NCBI GenBank assembly: GCA_023446735.1 | Contig: JAEXPQ010000150.1 | Span: 22,257-86,256 of the forward strand | From: Verrucomicrobiota bacterium | Lineage (GTDB): Bacteria > Verrucomicrobiota > Verrucomicrobiia > Opitutales > Opitutaceae | Length of the DNA stretch: 64,000 nt | Direction: 5' to 3' | In this document: piece by piece, positions 1 through 9,344 of the stretch | Numbering within the stretch: position 1 is the stretch's first letter | Layout of the letters: each line of letters begins with the position of its first letter | Notes under the pieces: generated by a model | The model's database searches: none | Seen by the model: the letters and a program-made list of their open reading frames with translations, nothing else | What the model was told of the DNA's origin: nothing | Program-made: the position numbers and the translations under genes

Positions 1-79
1 CCAAAAAGTTGCGCTTGGGCCGATGCAAGAGCAAAATCCGGCCGTTCTTTGGTAGTTCAACCTCCTCTCATCGATTATT

Positions 80-472
80 ATGAATCATTCAGTGCGATAC
101 CGGGAGGGTTTTACGCTCGTGGAAATCATGATCGTGGTCGTCATCATCGGTCTCTTGGCCGCCTTGGCGATCCCGGCGTTTCAGTACATGCGTATCCGAA
201 CCCTCAACAACACGATGGACAACGATCTCCGGCTCCTGGGGCACGCCGCCCAGCAGTACCTTTTGGAGCATTCGGTTACGGCAGTTCCGTTCGTCTACGA
301 TCTGAACTCCGGAGGGGTCTCCGGGCCGTTGGCCGAGTACGTGCCGCAGATCGGCCGCGGCTACGTCTTCTCGCTCTCGGGCGATTGGACCGAAACGGCG
401 GCCTTCACGGTGGCCTACCCGCCGTTCGGCATCACCAACAGCTACACCGGCATCGGCCGCAGGCAGAATTAG
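80..472 (+). CDS. prepilin-type N-terminal cleavage/methylation domain protein (pilin/pseudopilin-like)
   Basis: 130-aa ORF. The N-terminus GFTLVEIMIVVVIIGLLAALAIPAF is the canonical G|FTLxE prepilin peptidase site followed by a hydrophobic helix. The size fits a minor pilin or pseudopilin. Confidence 0.85.
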   Translation: MNHSVRYREGFTLVEIMIVVVIIGLLAALAIPAFQYMRIRTLNNTMDNDLRLLGHAAQQYLLEHSVTAVPFVYDLNSGGVSGPLAEYVPQIGRGYVFSLSGDWTETAAFTVAYPPFGITNSYTGIGRRQN

Positions 473-829
473 CCGGCAAATCTCACGCTCTCGATGAAGG
501 CAAAAGCAGGGGGCTGTAGCGAAATTCGCCAGAGTTTCGATCTGCCATCGCTGGATCGAAAGCCTAGGCGGCTTTCGCTACCTGCGCCGGGGCAACGGTC
601 CCATATCTCCGCGCTCCCGTTATGCCCTCGTCGCTCGACCCTCGTCGGGTCCAGCGCGGCTCAGGCCTCAAGACTTCTGGATCCCGGCCGATACCTCAGT
701 TCTCGCCAGCTCGCCTGGCTTTTACGTTTTTGTGATACGGGGCCGCTTGACCGAGGTTCACCCCTCGATTGACTTTCCTCGTTCGCAACAGTCAGAGTCA
801 TCAACCCCAACCAACACCTAGGATATCAT

Positions 830-1228
830 ATGAATATTCGTTCCAAGAAGGGCTTTACCCTCGTTGAAATCATGATCGTTGTCGTGATCATCGGTTTGCT
901 CGCCGCCATGGCGATTCCGGCCTTCATGAAGGTTCGTCGTTCCTCGACCAAGAGCACGATGGCCAACGACATCAAGCAGCTCGCCGGCGCCGCCAATCAG
1001 TACTTCATGGAGTTCGGCGTCTCGCAAGTCGTGCACTCCCTGATTGTCAATACCGAAAACAATACCAACGCGGGTTACCTCAAGGAGCTCTCGAAGGGTG
1101 TGATTTCGGACAATTCTACTTACGACATGGGCTCCACCGCGACCATCAGACTCCGCCATCCGAATTTCGGAACGCTCGTGGGCTACGTGGACACCGGTAA
1201 GACTGTCTCTGAGACGGTTTACCAGTAA
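830..1228 (+). CDS. prepilin-type N-terminal cleavage/methylation domain protein (paralog of 80-472)
   Basis: 132-aa ORF with KKGFTLVEIMIVVVIIGLLAAMAIPAF. The first ~55 aa are collinear with the upstream paralog (shared ...QY.(L/M)E...V). The C-terminal third is Ser/Thr-rich. Confidence 0.85.
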   Translation: MNIRSKKGFTLVEIMIVVVIIGLLAAMAIPAFMKVRRSSTKSTMANDIKQLAGAANQYFMEFGVSQVVHSLIVNTENNTNAGYLKELSKGVISDNSTYDMGSTATIRLRHPNFGTLVGYVDTGKTVSETVYQ

Positions 1229-1251
1229 CCGGAAAGGACTCTTGTTGAGCT

Positions 1252-1280
1252 CGCCGCACTTCGGTGCGGCGTTTTTTTTA
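1252..1280 (+). terminator. rho-independent terminator after second pilin gene
   Basis: GCCGCAC-TTCG-GTGCGGC hairpin (1253-1270) followed by T8 (1272-1279), 25 nt after the stop codon. Confidence 0.65.
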
Positions 1281-3223
1281 TGTTCCGTCGTTCCTTGCCT
1301 TCATGGTTCGCACTTCCAATCCCTGAACGTGTCGCGCTCGTGGCGAGCGCAGCTTTGCTGCCGCCGGTAATCGTATTCTTCTCTTGGTTTGCGGACCAAG
1401 CGGCGCTGGTGACGGTACTTCGTACCCTCGGGCTTCCGTTGCTCCTGTTCGTGCTGGGAACCGTGACCGTGACCGTGGGGGGCTCCCTGGTGGATCAGCA
1501 TCGGCGCTTGGGTTGGAGCGGCTGGGGCAGTTCACTGCATCGGCATCGGATGCTCCTTCTGGTGTTCGCGGGCCTGACGGTCTTGGTTATCAACCTGTTC
1601 CCGCCGGGCAGTCGGATCCAATATGATGAGACGTCGATTCTCCTTACCTCGAAGGCGATCCACGAGGAACGGGAGACGATTACCCCTTCAGGTTCGAGGG
1701 CGGTCGGCCACGTACTAAAGTTGCATGGAGCCTTCATCGACAAACGGCCGTTTCTCTTCGCGACGGTTGTTTCGTTTCTCCATGACCTTCGCGGCTACTC
1801 CCCACGCAATCCGTTCTATGTTAATATGCTGTTGGCGGCCGCCACCTTGGCGCTGGTTGGCCTATGGGCTCGGCGCTTGGGTGGATCCGATCGGGGGGCC
1901 GCGCTAGCCATGTTCGCGTTGGCGAGTGTGCCGCTCTTTTGCGAGTACGCGACCGGCGGTGGGATCGACATCGCCAACCTTTTCGCCTTAGCCTTCATGG
2001 GCGTTGCAGCGACAGCCCACCTGGATCACCCGAGCGTGCGTAGTGCCCGAGTCTTGGTCGGGGCGGCGCTTGTCCTCGCTTATGCCCGCTACGAGTCGCT
2101 GATGTTCGCGCTCCTGCCGTTGGCGGTCGTGGCGCTCGTCTACCGGCGGCATCGGCGTCTGTTCTTCGACTGGACCATCCCGGCGATGCTTGCCTCGCTC
2201 TTCCCGCTAGCCTGCATCCATTTTTCCACGCTCCTGGCACCGGCGGAGAACTTCCAGTTCTCCGACAAGGGGGTCACCTCTGCGTTCTCGCTTTCGTTCA
2301 TCGGTCGGAATCTGGAGCACGCGGCAGGGTTTTTTCTCAACACGGAGCACCAATTAACGAACTCGCTCCCCGTCTTCCTCCTTGGCGCCGGCGCTTGGTT
2401 GCTTGCCGCGGTGTCGTGGCCGCGTCGTAGGAAGACAGATATGGACCCCGATGCCTCTCTCGTGTTCTGGTGTTTCTCGGGGCTCGTGCTGCTGGGCTTC
2501 GGGCTGTTGATGTGCTACAGTTGGGGCGAGTTGGATCAACCGGTGGGCAGCCGGCTGTGCTTGCCGCTGTATTTGCTCCTTTCGCTGTCGTTGCCGGTTG
2601 CCTTGCGCGAAGTCCCCAACGTGCGTTGGCTGCCGTCCATGGTCGCCGGCGTCTTGCTGTGGGGCGTCTATTGGCAAGCCATGCCGGTGGCGACCAAGGA
2701 GATGAATACGCGGAACTACGCGGCCGTCATGAAGCTACGCGCCTTCGACGCGTTTCTCGAGGCACAACCGGACAGACGCATCGTCGTCCTCAATTCTTTG
2801 ACGAACTTTTGGGCTACGCGCGACGTATTTGCGATTGCTCCGGCCGACATCGACAGCAATCCGGACTTTCTCAAGAACCTGCTGGCATCGGGTTTTTATC
2901 GAGCGGTCTATCTGATTCAGGAGTCCGAGCGTCCGGGGGCACAAGGCACAGCCCCCTTCGCGTTGGTGCAGCGTGACGCCTACCGTTGCACGCTCGAGCT
3001 GGATGCCATCGAAACGCATAACCTTTGCGACCTCAGCAAGATCGCGATCTACCAGGTGCGCAGCGTTGGATCGGCGAGCAACGATGGGCGGTCGTTGCCC
3101 GCGAGCAAAGTACCGGCTCCGTACTCTACCGCATCTGTTCCATCGCCAGTGTCGGGACCGCGGAGGACCGTTGCTGGCGAAGTCGTCGATGCACGGATAT
3201 CGGTTGCTGTCCCAGCACCGTGA
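1280..3223 (+). CDS. polytopic GT-C-fold glycosyltransferase (ArnT/PMT-like)
   Basis: 647-aa ORF with many hydrophobic spans. An early loop carries IQYDETSILLTSKAI, an Asp-Glu loop motif typical of GT-C enzymes. The start is uncertain: ATG 1280 abuts the terminator T-tract, and ATG 1550 (MLLLVFAGL...) is an alternative. Confidence 0.7.
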   Translation: MFRRSLPSWFALPIPERVALVASAALLPPVIVFFSWFADQAALVTVLRTLGLPLLLFVLGTVTVTVGGSLVDQHRRLGWSGWGSSLHRHRMLLLVFAGLTVLVINLFPPGSRIQYDETSILLTSKAIHEERETITPSGSRAVGHVLKLHGAFIDKRPFLFATVVSFLHDLRGYSPRNPFYVNMLLAAATLALVGLWARRLGGSDRGAALAMFALASVPLFCEYATGGGIDIANLFALAFMGVAATAHLDHPSVRSARVLVGAALVLAYARYESLMFALLPLAVVALVYRRHRRLFFDWTIPAMLASLFPLACIHFSTLLAPAENFQFSDKGVTSAFSLSFIGRNLEHAAGFFLNTEHQLTNSLPVFLLGAGAWLLAAVSWPRRRKTDMDPDASLVFWCFSGLVLLGFGLLMCYSWGELDQPVGSRLCLPLYLLLSLSLPVALREVPNVRWLPSMVAGVLLWGVYWQAMPVATKEMNTRNYAAVMKLRAFDAFLEAQPDRRIVVLNSLTNFWATRDVFAIAPADIDSNPDFLKNLLASGFYRAVYLIQESERPGAQGTAPFALVQRDAYRCTLELDAIETHNLCDLSKIAIYQVRSVGSASNDGRSLPASKVPAPYSTASVPSPVSGPRRTVAGEVVDARISVAVPAP

Positions 3224-3276
3224 GGTGCTTAGTCTGCTGTGATCTCAAGATAGAATCTCGAAGCAGTCTCTTGCCG

Positions 3277-4767
3277 ATGAAGTTCCCTATCTGGCGCCCC
3301 AGCACCCCGTCTTTAGTGTGGCCGGCATTGGCTGTCATAGTCTTCTGCTCTTTGGCGGCCTTTCTGATCGAGAATGCGGCACTAAACACAGACGAAGGAT
3401 TCTATGCCAACGCGTGCCGGTTGGCCTTTCGAGGAGAGCTTCCCTACCGCGACTTCGGTTATACCCAGACGCCGGCCTTTCCTTACCTCCAAGGGCTCGC
3501 ACTCTATTGGGCGAGCTTCACGGTGGGGGCAGAGCGCTGGATCAATGCCTTGTGGACTGGAATCGCCCTTGTGCTAGTCTATCGGAGGCTCCGGTCGGGC
3601 GGATTGTCGACCCTTGGAAGTTCCGGAATGGTGTTGCTGTTTGTGACCTCGGTGCCGTTGCTGTATTACTGCACAATCGGAAAGACCTACGCGCTTGCCC
3701 AGTTGCTGCTGGTCCTCGCCGGTATCGGGCTCTGGCGTGAGAATCCCCGGCACGCTTTGCTGCAGACGGCGTTTTTCGGTACGCTTGCGGTGGGGTGCCG
3801 ATTACCGGTAGCACCGACGGTGGCGGTGCTGTACCTCGCGGTACTCGTTCGCGGTTGGAGAGAGAAAGCCGGCTTCACGTATCTCGTCTTGCCTCCGCTG
3901 ATCTTTGGCGCGGCAGTCTTTCTACCGTTTCTTTTGAGTGCTCCGGAAAATTTCTATTTCTGGAACTGGGAGATTCACCACCTCCGGGATGTGCCTCGTC
4001 GGGCTGCTCTTGATGTTGTTTGGTTGGTGATGCTCTTGGTCCCGAGCCTGTTGGTTGTTGGTTTGGTGGCGCCGATTGCCCGGGGGTGGCGAGGCATCTT
4101 GGCTCCCGAGCGCAGGTCGTTCACCTTTTGCCTGGTCGCCGCGTGGACAGGTATCTTGGTCAATACCGTGGCCGGATCTATGTACGCGGAGTACGTGGTT
4201 CCTTTCTTCGCATTGCTGCTGATCGGCGCCGGAGGGTTGATCTCAGAACGAAGGATCCGGCCATCGGTGCAAGCCGGTTGCTTGGTTTTGGGGTGCCTTC
4301 TGAACCTCGGTGCTCTATCGCTAGAGACGGAGAAGAGCTATATCGAACGCGGCTTCGGTTCCGATTTGCGGGCGGCCGGTAAGTTTCTCCGTGGGAATAC
4401 CTCAGAAGGGGCGCTTGTGATCGGCTCTCTGCTAGACGTGACTTTGGAGGCGGGGCGTGAGTCGCACCCACGGCTGGCGATGGGCTTGTTCACCGTGACC
4501 GGCGATTGCTCGCCTGCTACCGCTGAGCGGTTGCGGATGATGCATCTGGTCGAGTTGGTCTATCTAGTCCAGAGGGGTGACGCCGAGGGGGTGGTTCTAT
4601 GTACGGGCGGCAATGTCAATTTCGAGTATTCCGTGCCGAGTATGAAGCCTTTCAAGGACGCGGGGACCAAACTGCTGCACGCTGCCATCTGGGAAGGGAA
4701 GTATCGGCTGGCTTATCGCAACTCCACCTACATCGTTCTTTTACGGAAGAACTCGACTGGTCTTTGA
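3277..4767 (+). CDS. polytopic GT-C-fold glycosyltransferase (ArnT/PMT-like)
   Basis: Start reassigned to ATG 3277 (MKFPIWRP...). The region upstream of it in the ORF is Arg/Cys-rich and non-protein-like. The first loop NTDEGFYANACRLAFRGELPYRDFGYTQTP carries the DE motif, followed by about 10 TM segments. Confidence 0.75.
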   Translation: MKFPIWRPSTPSLVWPALAVIVFCSLAAFLIENAALNTDEGFYANACRLAFRGELPYRDFGYTQTPAFPYLQGLALYWASFTVGAERWINALWTGIALVLVYRRLRSGGLSTLGSSGMVLLFVTSVPLLYYCTIGKTYALAQLLLVLAGIGLWRENPRHALLQTAFFGTLAVGCRLPVAPTVAVLYLAVLVRGWREKAGFTYLVLPPLIFGAAVFLPFLLSAPENFYFWNWEIHHLRDVPRRAALDVVWLVMLLVPSLLVVGLVAPIARGWRGILAPERRSFTFCLVAAWTGILVNTVAGSMYAEYVVPFFALLLIGAGGLISERRIRPSVQAGCLVLGCLLNLGALSLETEKSYIERGFGSDLRAAGKFLRGNTSEGALVIGSLLDVTLEAGRESHPRLAMGLFTVTGDCSPATAERLRMMHLVELVYLVQRGDAEGVVLCTGGNVNFEYSVPSMKPFKDAGTKLLHAAIWEGKYRLAYRNSTYIVLLRKNSTGL

Positions 4768-4805
4768 GGTTCTCGCTTCTGTTGACCGGCCAGAGAGGGG
4801 GGCGC

Positions 4806-5555
4806 CTACCGGTGGCGGTAGTCGCCGCGGCTGAAATACTTCTCCAGCCAGACGTAGGCGCAGATGAAGAAGTAGCGGGAGCCCATTTCCTTGATCTTGA
4901 GTTTCGCCTCACCGTATTTGCGGTTTTGCCATGAGATGGGGCAAACCTTGAAGGTGAAGCCGCGCACGATGGCCTTTAGGGGAAGCTCGACGGTGAGGTT
5001 GAAGTGCGGTGCGATGAGGGGACGGCAGCCGTCGATCACGGTGCGGCGGTAGGCTTTGAAGGCGTTGGTCGTGTCGTTGAGGCCGTGGCGGAAGCCGAGC
5101 TTGACGAGGAAGTTCGCCAGCCGGTTCACGAGGAGCTTGATGCGTGGGTAATCGACCACTTTGCCTCCCTTGATGAAGCGGCTGCCAAAGGCGCAGTCGT
5201 AGCCCTCGTTGAGGATCTTCCAGTAGGCGACGGCGTCGCTCGGCGAGTCCGAGGCGTCGGCCATCATGATGACGCAGGAGTCGCCGGTCATGTGGTTGAG
5301 TCCACAGATGATGGCGCGGCCGAAGCCGTGCGGGCCGGGATTCCGGGTGGGCGCGAGGGTGGGCACCTTCTGCTTGAGCGCCTGGAGCACCTGCCACGTG
5401 CCGTCCTTTGAGCCATCGTCGACAACGACAATCTCGTGCGGAATGCCGGCGCGGGTGAAGGTCTCGTGGATCTCGGTGACGGTCGCCGGCAGCGACTCCT
5501 CCTCGTCGCGGGCGGGGATGACGACCGAGAACAGTTTCAGCGCGTTGGGGATCAT
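4806..5555 (-). CDS. GT2 polyprenyl-phosphate glycosyltransferase (GtrB/CsbB/ArnC/DPM1-like)
   Basis: FSVVIPARDEEESLPATV...IVVVDDGSKDGT is a GT-A DxD-type N-terminus. At 249 aa with no TM tail it looks like a lipid-carrier sugar synthase. It is clustered with GT-C genes. Confidence 0.8.
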   Translation of the reverse strand: MIPNALKLFSVVIPARDEEESLPATVTEIHETFTRAGIPHEIVVVDDGSKDGTWQVLQALKQKVPTLAPTRNPGPHGFGRAIICGLNHMTGDSCVIMMADASDSPSDAVAYWKILNEGYDCAFGSRFIKGGKVVDYPRIKLLVNRLANFLVKLGFRHGLNDTTNAFKAYRRTVIDGCRPLIAPHFNLTVELPLKAIVRGFTFKVCPISWQNRKYGEAKLKIKEMGSRYFFICAYVWLEKYFSRGDYRHR

Positions 5556-5559
5556 GGGC

Positions 5560-6240
5560 TCAGGCGGCGGGCTTGCGCCCGACGACGAGGAACTGGTGGC
5601 CGAAGATCGGCCAGAGGAGGGGCAGGGCCAGGTAGAGCTTTAGCATCCAGAGCGGGTAACGCAGCTTGCCCGACATCGTGTAGGGAAGGAAAGAGGCGAT
5701 GCGGGACGGGACCTCAAATCCGACGGTTTGCAGGCCCTCGCCGAGGGAGAGGTCGGTAAGGCAGAGATAGTGATCCCAGAAATCCCAGTACTTGCCGGGG
5801 ACGCGGCGGATATTTGGCCCGAGCGCGATCAGGACGCCGCCCGGTTTCAAGCAACGGCGGGCTTCACGGAGCGTGCGTGCGAGCGTGGCCTTGTCGGGAA
5901 GGTGCTCGAAGAAGTTGCTGGTGAAAACGACGTCGAGCGAATCCTCGGCCAGCGGCCACGGCTTGGAGCAGTCCTGTTCGAAGAACTGGATGCCTTGCGC
6001 GAGGTGGCGCGGGGCGTTGGGGTTGAGATCCATGCCGTACTTCCGGCCGGCGTGGATGTTGTTGATGAATTCGCCGTAGCCGCAGCCGAGGTCGAGCACG
6101 GCGCCGTCGGCCGGTACCCATCGCTGGAAGAACGAACCGGTGAGCACCTGCCAGACGGCGTTGCGGTAGGCAACTTGGGCATCGAACCGTTGTTGGTAGA
6201 TTCGTTGCAGCTCGGTGGGTACGGGATCGTTGGCGGACAT
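5560..6240 (-). CDS. class I SAM-dependent methyltransferase
   Basis: Motif I VLDLGCGYGEF, post-I acidic residue, and C-terminal LKPGGVLI. Confidence 0.8.
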   Translation of the reverse strand: MSANDPVPTELQRIYQQRFDAQVAYRNAVWQVLTGSFFQRWVPADGAVLDLGCGYGEFINNIHAGRKYGMDLNPNAPRHLAQGIQFFEQDCSKPWPLAEDSLDVVFTSNFFEHLPDKATLARTLREARRCLKPGGVLIALGPNIRRVPGKYWDFWDHYLCLTDLSLGEGLQTVGFEVPSRIASFLPYTMSGKLRYPLWMLKLYLALPLLWPIFGHQFLVVGRKPAA

Positions 6241-6262
6241 AATGGACCGGCGGATGCGGGAA

Positions 6263-7354
6263 TCAAAAAGGAGCGGAGAGGTCGAGCCACTCCGGGTGTT
6301 TCTGGGCGTGGACGGCGATCTCCTCGAGGATGGCGGGGAGCGGCGTCTGCGGCTGCCAGCCCCAGACTTTGGAGGCGTGGGAGGCGTCGAGCACCATCCA
6401 GGGGATGTCGAAGGGGCGTGGCTGCGGGTCGGAGGCGACGGCGTGTGGGCCGAACCGGCCGTCGCACCACGCGGTGAGCTGCTGGAGCGACATCGAGGCG
6501 GCGGCGCCGCCGGCGATGTTGCAGATGCGCGGCGAGAGCGCGGGAGCAGCCCGTTCGACAGGCTCAGGGCAAGCGAACTGTTTCAATAGCAGCGGCGCGA
6601 GGTCACGCGGGTGCAGGCAGTCGCGCACCTGGTGGCCGCGGCCATCGAAGCCGATGTACTTGAGCGGGCGGCGGCGAAGGTGGGTGTTGATCCAGTAGGC
6701 GAAGATGCCCTGGTCGGGACGACCGAACTGACCGGCTCCGGCGAGCACGCCGCAGCGGTTGATCCAGACCGGAAAGTTGAACGTCTCGCCGTACTCGAGG
6801 GCGAGCGCCTCGCTGGTGACCTTGGTCGCGCCGTAGAGCGAGACGGGCGCGGTGGTGGCGAAGCTCTCGTGCACGCCGGCCGGGCTCACGCCGGCAGGTA
6901 GCGGCCGGTTCGTATCCGGACAGTAGGCACCGCGGTCGGCCACGACCGGCAGCGCGGCGAGCGGGGCGATCGAGTAGACGCGGCTGGTGCTGAGGAGGAC
7001 GAAGCCGGCGCGGTGCGCTTTGCAGAATTCCAGCATGTTCACCGTGCCGATGAGATTGTGCTCCACAAGTTGGCGGGAGCTCGTCTTGCCGTCGATGCCG
7101 GCGAGGACGCTCGGGTTGGCGGCGGCGTCGATCACCCAGTCGACGGCCGGTAGGCACTCGAGGTCGCTGGCGGTGCGCAGATCGCCGTGGTGGAGCTTCA
7201 CGCCGCGGGCCTTCAGGGCGGCGCGGTTCGACTCGGCGCCGGGGCGAATGAAGTTGTCGAGGCCGACGAGCTGCAGGCCGGGCACGGTGTCGAGCAGGGC
7301 GTGGGCGAGCGTGCTGCCGACGAAGCCGCAGATGCCGGTGAGGAGGAGGCGCAT
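6263..7354 (-). CDS. NAD-dependent epimerase/dehydratase (extended SDR)
   Basis: N-terminal Rossmann motif MRLLLTGICGFVGSTLA. A YGATK catalytic YxxxK motif is present (SLYGATKVTSE). Confidence 0.85.
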   Translation of the reverse strand: MRLLLTGICGFVGSTLAHALLDTVPGLQLVGLDNFIRPGAESNRAALKARGVKLHHGDLRTASDLECLPAVDWVIDAAANPSVLAGIDGKTSSRQLVEHNLIGTVNMLEFCKAHRAGFVLLSTSRVYSIAPLAALPVVADRGAYCPDTNRPLPAGVSPAGVHESFATTAPVSLYGATKVTSEALALEYGETFNFPVWINRCGVLAGAGQFGRPDQGIFAYWINTHLRRRPLKYIGFDGRGHQVRDCLHPRDLAPLLLKQFACPEPVERAAPALSPRICNIAGGAAASMSLQQLTAWCDGRFGPHAVASDPQPRPFDIPWMVLDASHASKVWGWQPQTPLPAILEEIAVHAQKHPEWLDLSAPF

Positions 7355-7590
7355 GTACAGTGGACAGTCGACGGTGGTCGGTGGGCAGTGAGGGGCGGGG
7401 GCCGGGAGACGGAAGTCGAGGGAAGAGAGAGTCGAGGGCTAGGGTTGGGGCGGGTGGTGTTCCGGTGTGACGCAGGCTTTCGAGATAATTCTCGTCGGTA
7501 TACCCTATACGAAGCAGTTGGGCTCAGAGGCCATAGCGATAAGGCTGGAGAACCCAGAGCGGCTCCGCCGCAACCAAGGCCGGTGGAACC

Positions 7591-7620
7591 GCTGATGCAC
7601 GCTGATTAACGCTGATCCGG
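7591..7620. repeat. 3 x 10-bp tandem repeat (GCTGATNNNN)
   Basis: gctgatgcac / gctgattaac / gctgatccgg read directly from the sequence. Confidence 0.8.
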
Positions 7621-7675
7621 AAGATTCCGGAAGGCGCGGCAAATCCACACGGAGACGGCATTGGCTCACGCCGAG

Positions 7676-7743
7676 GCGCGGAGACCGCGGAGGGTTCGGA
7701 AGGCGGAAGGGAACGTTTTCTCTGCGTCCTCCGCGGCTCCGCG
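7676..7743. repeat. imperfect hairpin (16-17 bp arms, 34-nt loop)
   Basis: Left arm GCGCGGAGACCGCGGAGG (7676-7693) pairs with CCTCCGCGGCTCCGCG (7728-7743), with one bulged base. Confidence 0.65.
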
Positions 7744-7875
7744 TGCCACCACTCTGGCGTTCGTTCACAGCTGGCGCGCGTGATCGAGGGAAACCTTCCC
7801 GAAAAACGATGGTTTGCTGAGATAGTAGTACGGAGGACGGGGGCGGCGGGGGCGGCGAACATCGAACATTCAACT

Positions 7876-7924
7876 TTGAGTTCGGAACTCCGACTCGAAA
7901 CCCGAAACTCGGAACTCGAAACCG
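7876..7924. repeat. heptanucleotide tandem repeat, ~7 copies (consensus GAAACTC)
   Basis: ttgagtt cggaact ccgactc gaaaccc gaaactc ggaactc gaaaccg, with strict 7-nt phasing. Confidence 0.7.
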
Positions 7925-8078
7925 CGCCGCGCAGCGGCGGGCGTACAGTCCGACCCACCATCGGAGGGACGGACGGAACGGGAAGCGTTCCGCTACCGGA
8001 GTTCCGGAATCCGTGCGATCTGTGCAATCCGTGGTCCCTCCGTCTGCCCGTACCGTTGCGGCGGAGCCGCTCTGGGCA

Positions 8079-8165
8079 GCTCCTGTGATCGAGCTGCCGC
8101 GCGAGCTGCCAGACCTCCAGTTTCTCGAAGCGGAATACTGGTCGTTGCATAGGGTTCGTCTCCAA
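8079..8165 (-). pseudogene. N-terminal stub (~29 codons) of a four-helix-bundle (23S rRNA intervening-sequence protein family) gene
   Basis: METNPMQRPVFRFEKLEVWQLARQLD matches the characteristic F-x-x-L-x-V-W-Q-x-A N-terminus of this family. The similarity stops exactly at the 22-bp repeat at 8076. The remainder of the 213-aa ORF is low-complexity read-through. Confidence 0.6.
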
Positions 8166-8180
8166 AGCGCTCGTCCCTCG

Positions 8181-9239
8181 TCAGTTCTTGGGCCGCTTCC
8201 GCCAAGCCTCGACGATCTGGCGGATCGTCTCCTCGAGGCTCACGGAGATGTCCCAGCTCGGGTAGTGGGAGCGCATCTTCCGGAGGTCGGAGTAGTAGCA
8301 GATGTGGTCGCCGATGCGGTTCTGGTCGACGTAGGTGTAGACCTGCTTTTTGCCGGAGAACTTCTCCGCGATCGCGAACGCTTCGAGGATGGAGCAGCTG
8401 TTGGCCTTGCCGCCGCCGAGGTTGTAGACCTCGCCCACGCGCGGGGCGGAGACGAAGGCGTGCATGAACCGGGCGACGTCGAGCGAGTGGATGTTGTCGC
8501 GCACCTGCTTGCCCTTGTAGCCGAAGACCCGGTACTCCTTGCCCTCGAGGTTGCACTTCACGAGGTAGGAGAGGAAGCCGTGGAGCTCGACGCCGGTGTG
8601 GTTGGGGCCGGTGAGGCAGCCGCCGCGCAGGCAGCACGTGGGCATGCCGAAATAGCGGCCGTACTCCTGGACCATCACGTCGGCGGCGACCTTGGATGCG
8701 CCGAAGAGCGAGTGCTTGGACTGGTCGATGGTGAAGGTCTCGGCGATGCCGTGCTCGTAGGCGGCGTCGGCGTAGTCCCAGCGGGTCGCGAGCTCCTGGA
8801 GCGCGACGCGGTTGGGGGCGTCGCCGTAGACCTTGTTGGTCGACATATGCACGAACGGCACCTCGGGGTTCACCTGGCGGTTGGCCTCGAGCAGGTTGAG
8901 CGTGCCGACGGCATTGGTGTCGAAGTCGTCGAAGGGGATGGCGGCGGCGCGGTCGTGCGAAGGCTGGGCGGCGGTGTGGACGATGACGTCGGGCTTCACC
9001 TCCTTGACCAGGGCGAGCACGCCGGCGCGATCACGGATGTCCAGCTCGTGGTGCTGGAAGCCGGGCAGGTCGCGCAGGAGGCGCTGCTGGTTCCAGCGGG
9101 TGTCGCCCTGCGGGCCGAAGAAGACGGCGCGCTGGTTGTTGTCCACCCCGTGGATCGTGTAGCCCTGCCTGGAGAAATAGACGCAGACCTCCGAGCCGAT
9201 GAGGCCAGAGGAGCCGGTGACGAGGAGACGTTTCGCCAT
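8181..9239 (-). CDS. NAD-dependent epimerase/dehydratase (extended SDR, CDP-paratose-2-epimerase-like)
   Basis: [18 protein letters not shown] Rossmann motif, and a YGASK catalytic YxxxK motif ([11 protein letters not shown]). Confidence 0.85.
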   Translation of the reverse strand: MAKRLLVTGSSGLIGSEVCVYFSRQGYTIHGVDNNQRAVFFGPQGDTRWNQQRLLRDLPGFQHHELDIRDRAGVLALVKEVKPDVIVHTAAQPSHDRAAAIPFDDFDTNAVGTLNLLEANRQVNPEVPFVHMSTNKVYGDAPNRVALQELATRWDYADAAYEHGIAETFTIDQSKHSLFGASKVAADVMVQEYGRYFGMPTCCLRGGCLTGPNHTGVELHGFLSYLVKCNLEGKEYRVFGYKGKQVRDNIHSLDVARFMHAFVSAPRVGEVYNLGGGKANSCSILEAFAIAEKFSGKKQVYTYVDQNRIGDHICYYSDLRKMRSHYPSWDISVSLEETIRQIVEAWRKRPKN

Positions 9240-9344
9240 AAATTAGAAGGTATGAGAACTGCTTTTGATAAGGCGCTAACTCTTCAGTCGATGCTGGCGC
9301 GAAGTTCTCCGTGCCGGGATCGACGGCGGCCAATGAGCGGCTGG

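Larger units (their letters stand above)
7553..8076. repeat. 524-bp non-coding segment bounded by a perfect 22-bp inverted repeat
   Basis: CCCAGAGCGGCTCCGCCGCAAC lies at 7553-7574 and its exact reverse complement at 8055-8076. The interior is filled with short tandem repeats and a hairpin (see the next three features). Confidence 0.8.

Noticed and set aside
7524-8165. 213-aa minus-strand ORF as a full-length gene
   Set aside because: Only the first ~29 residues resemble a real protein family (four-helix-bundle). The remainder reads through tandem repeats and the inverted repeat and is low-complexity. I treat it as a gene stub plus non-coding repeats.
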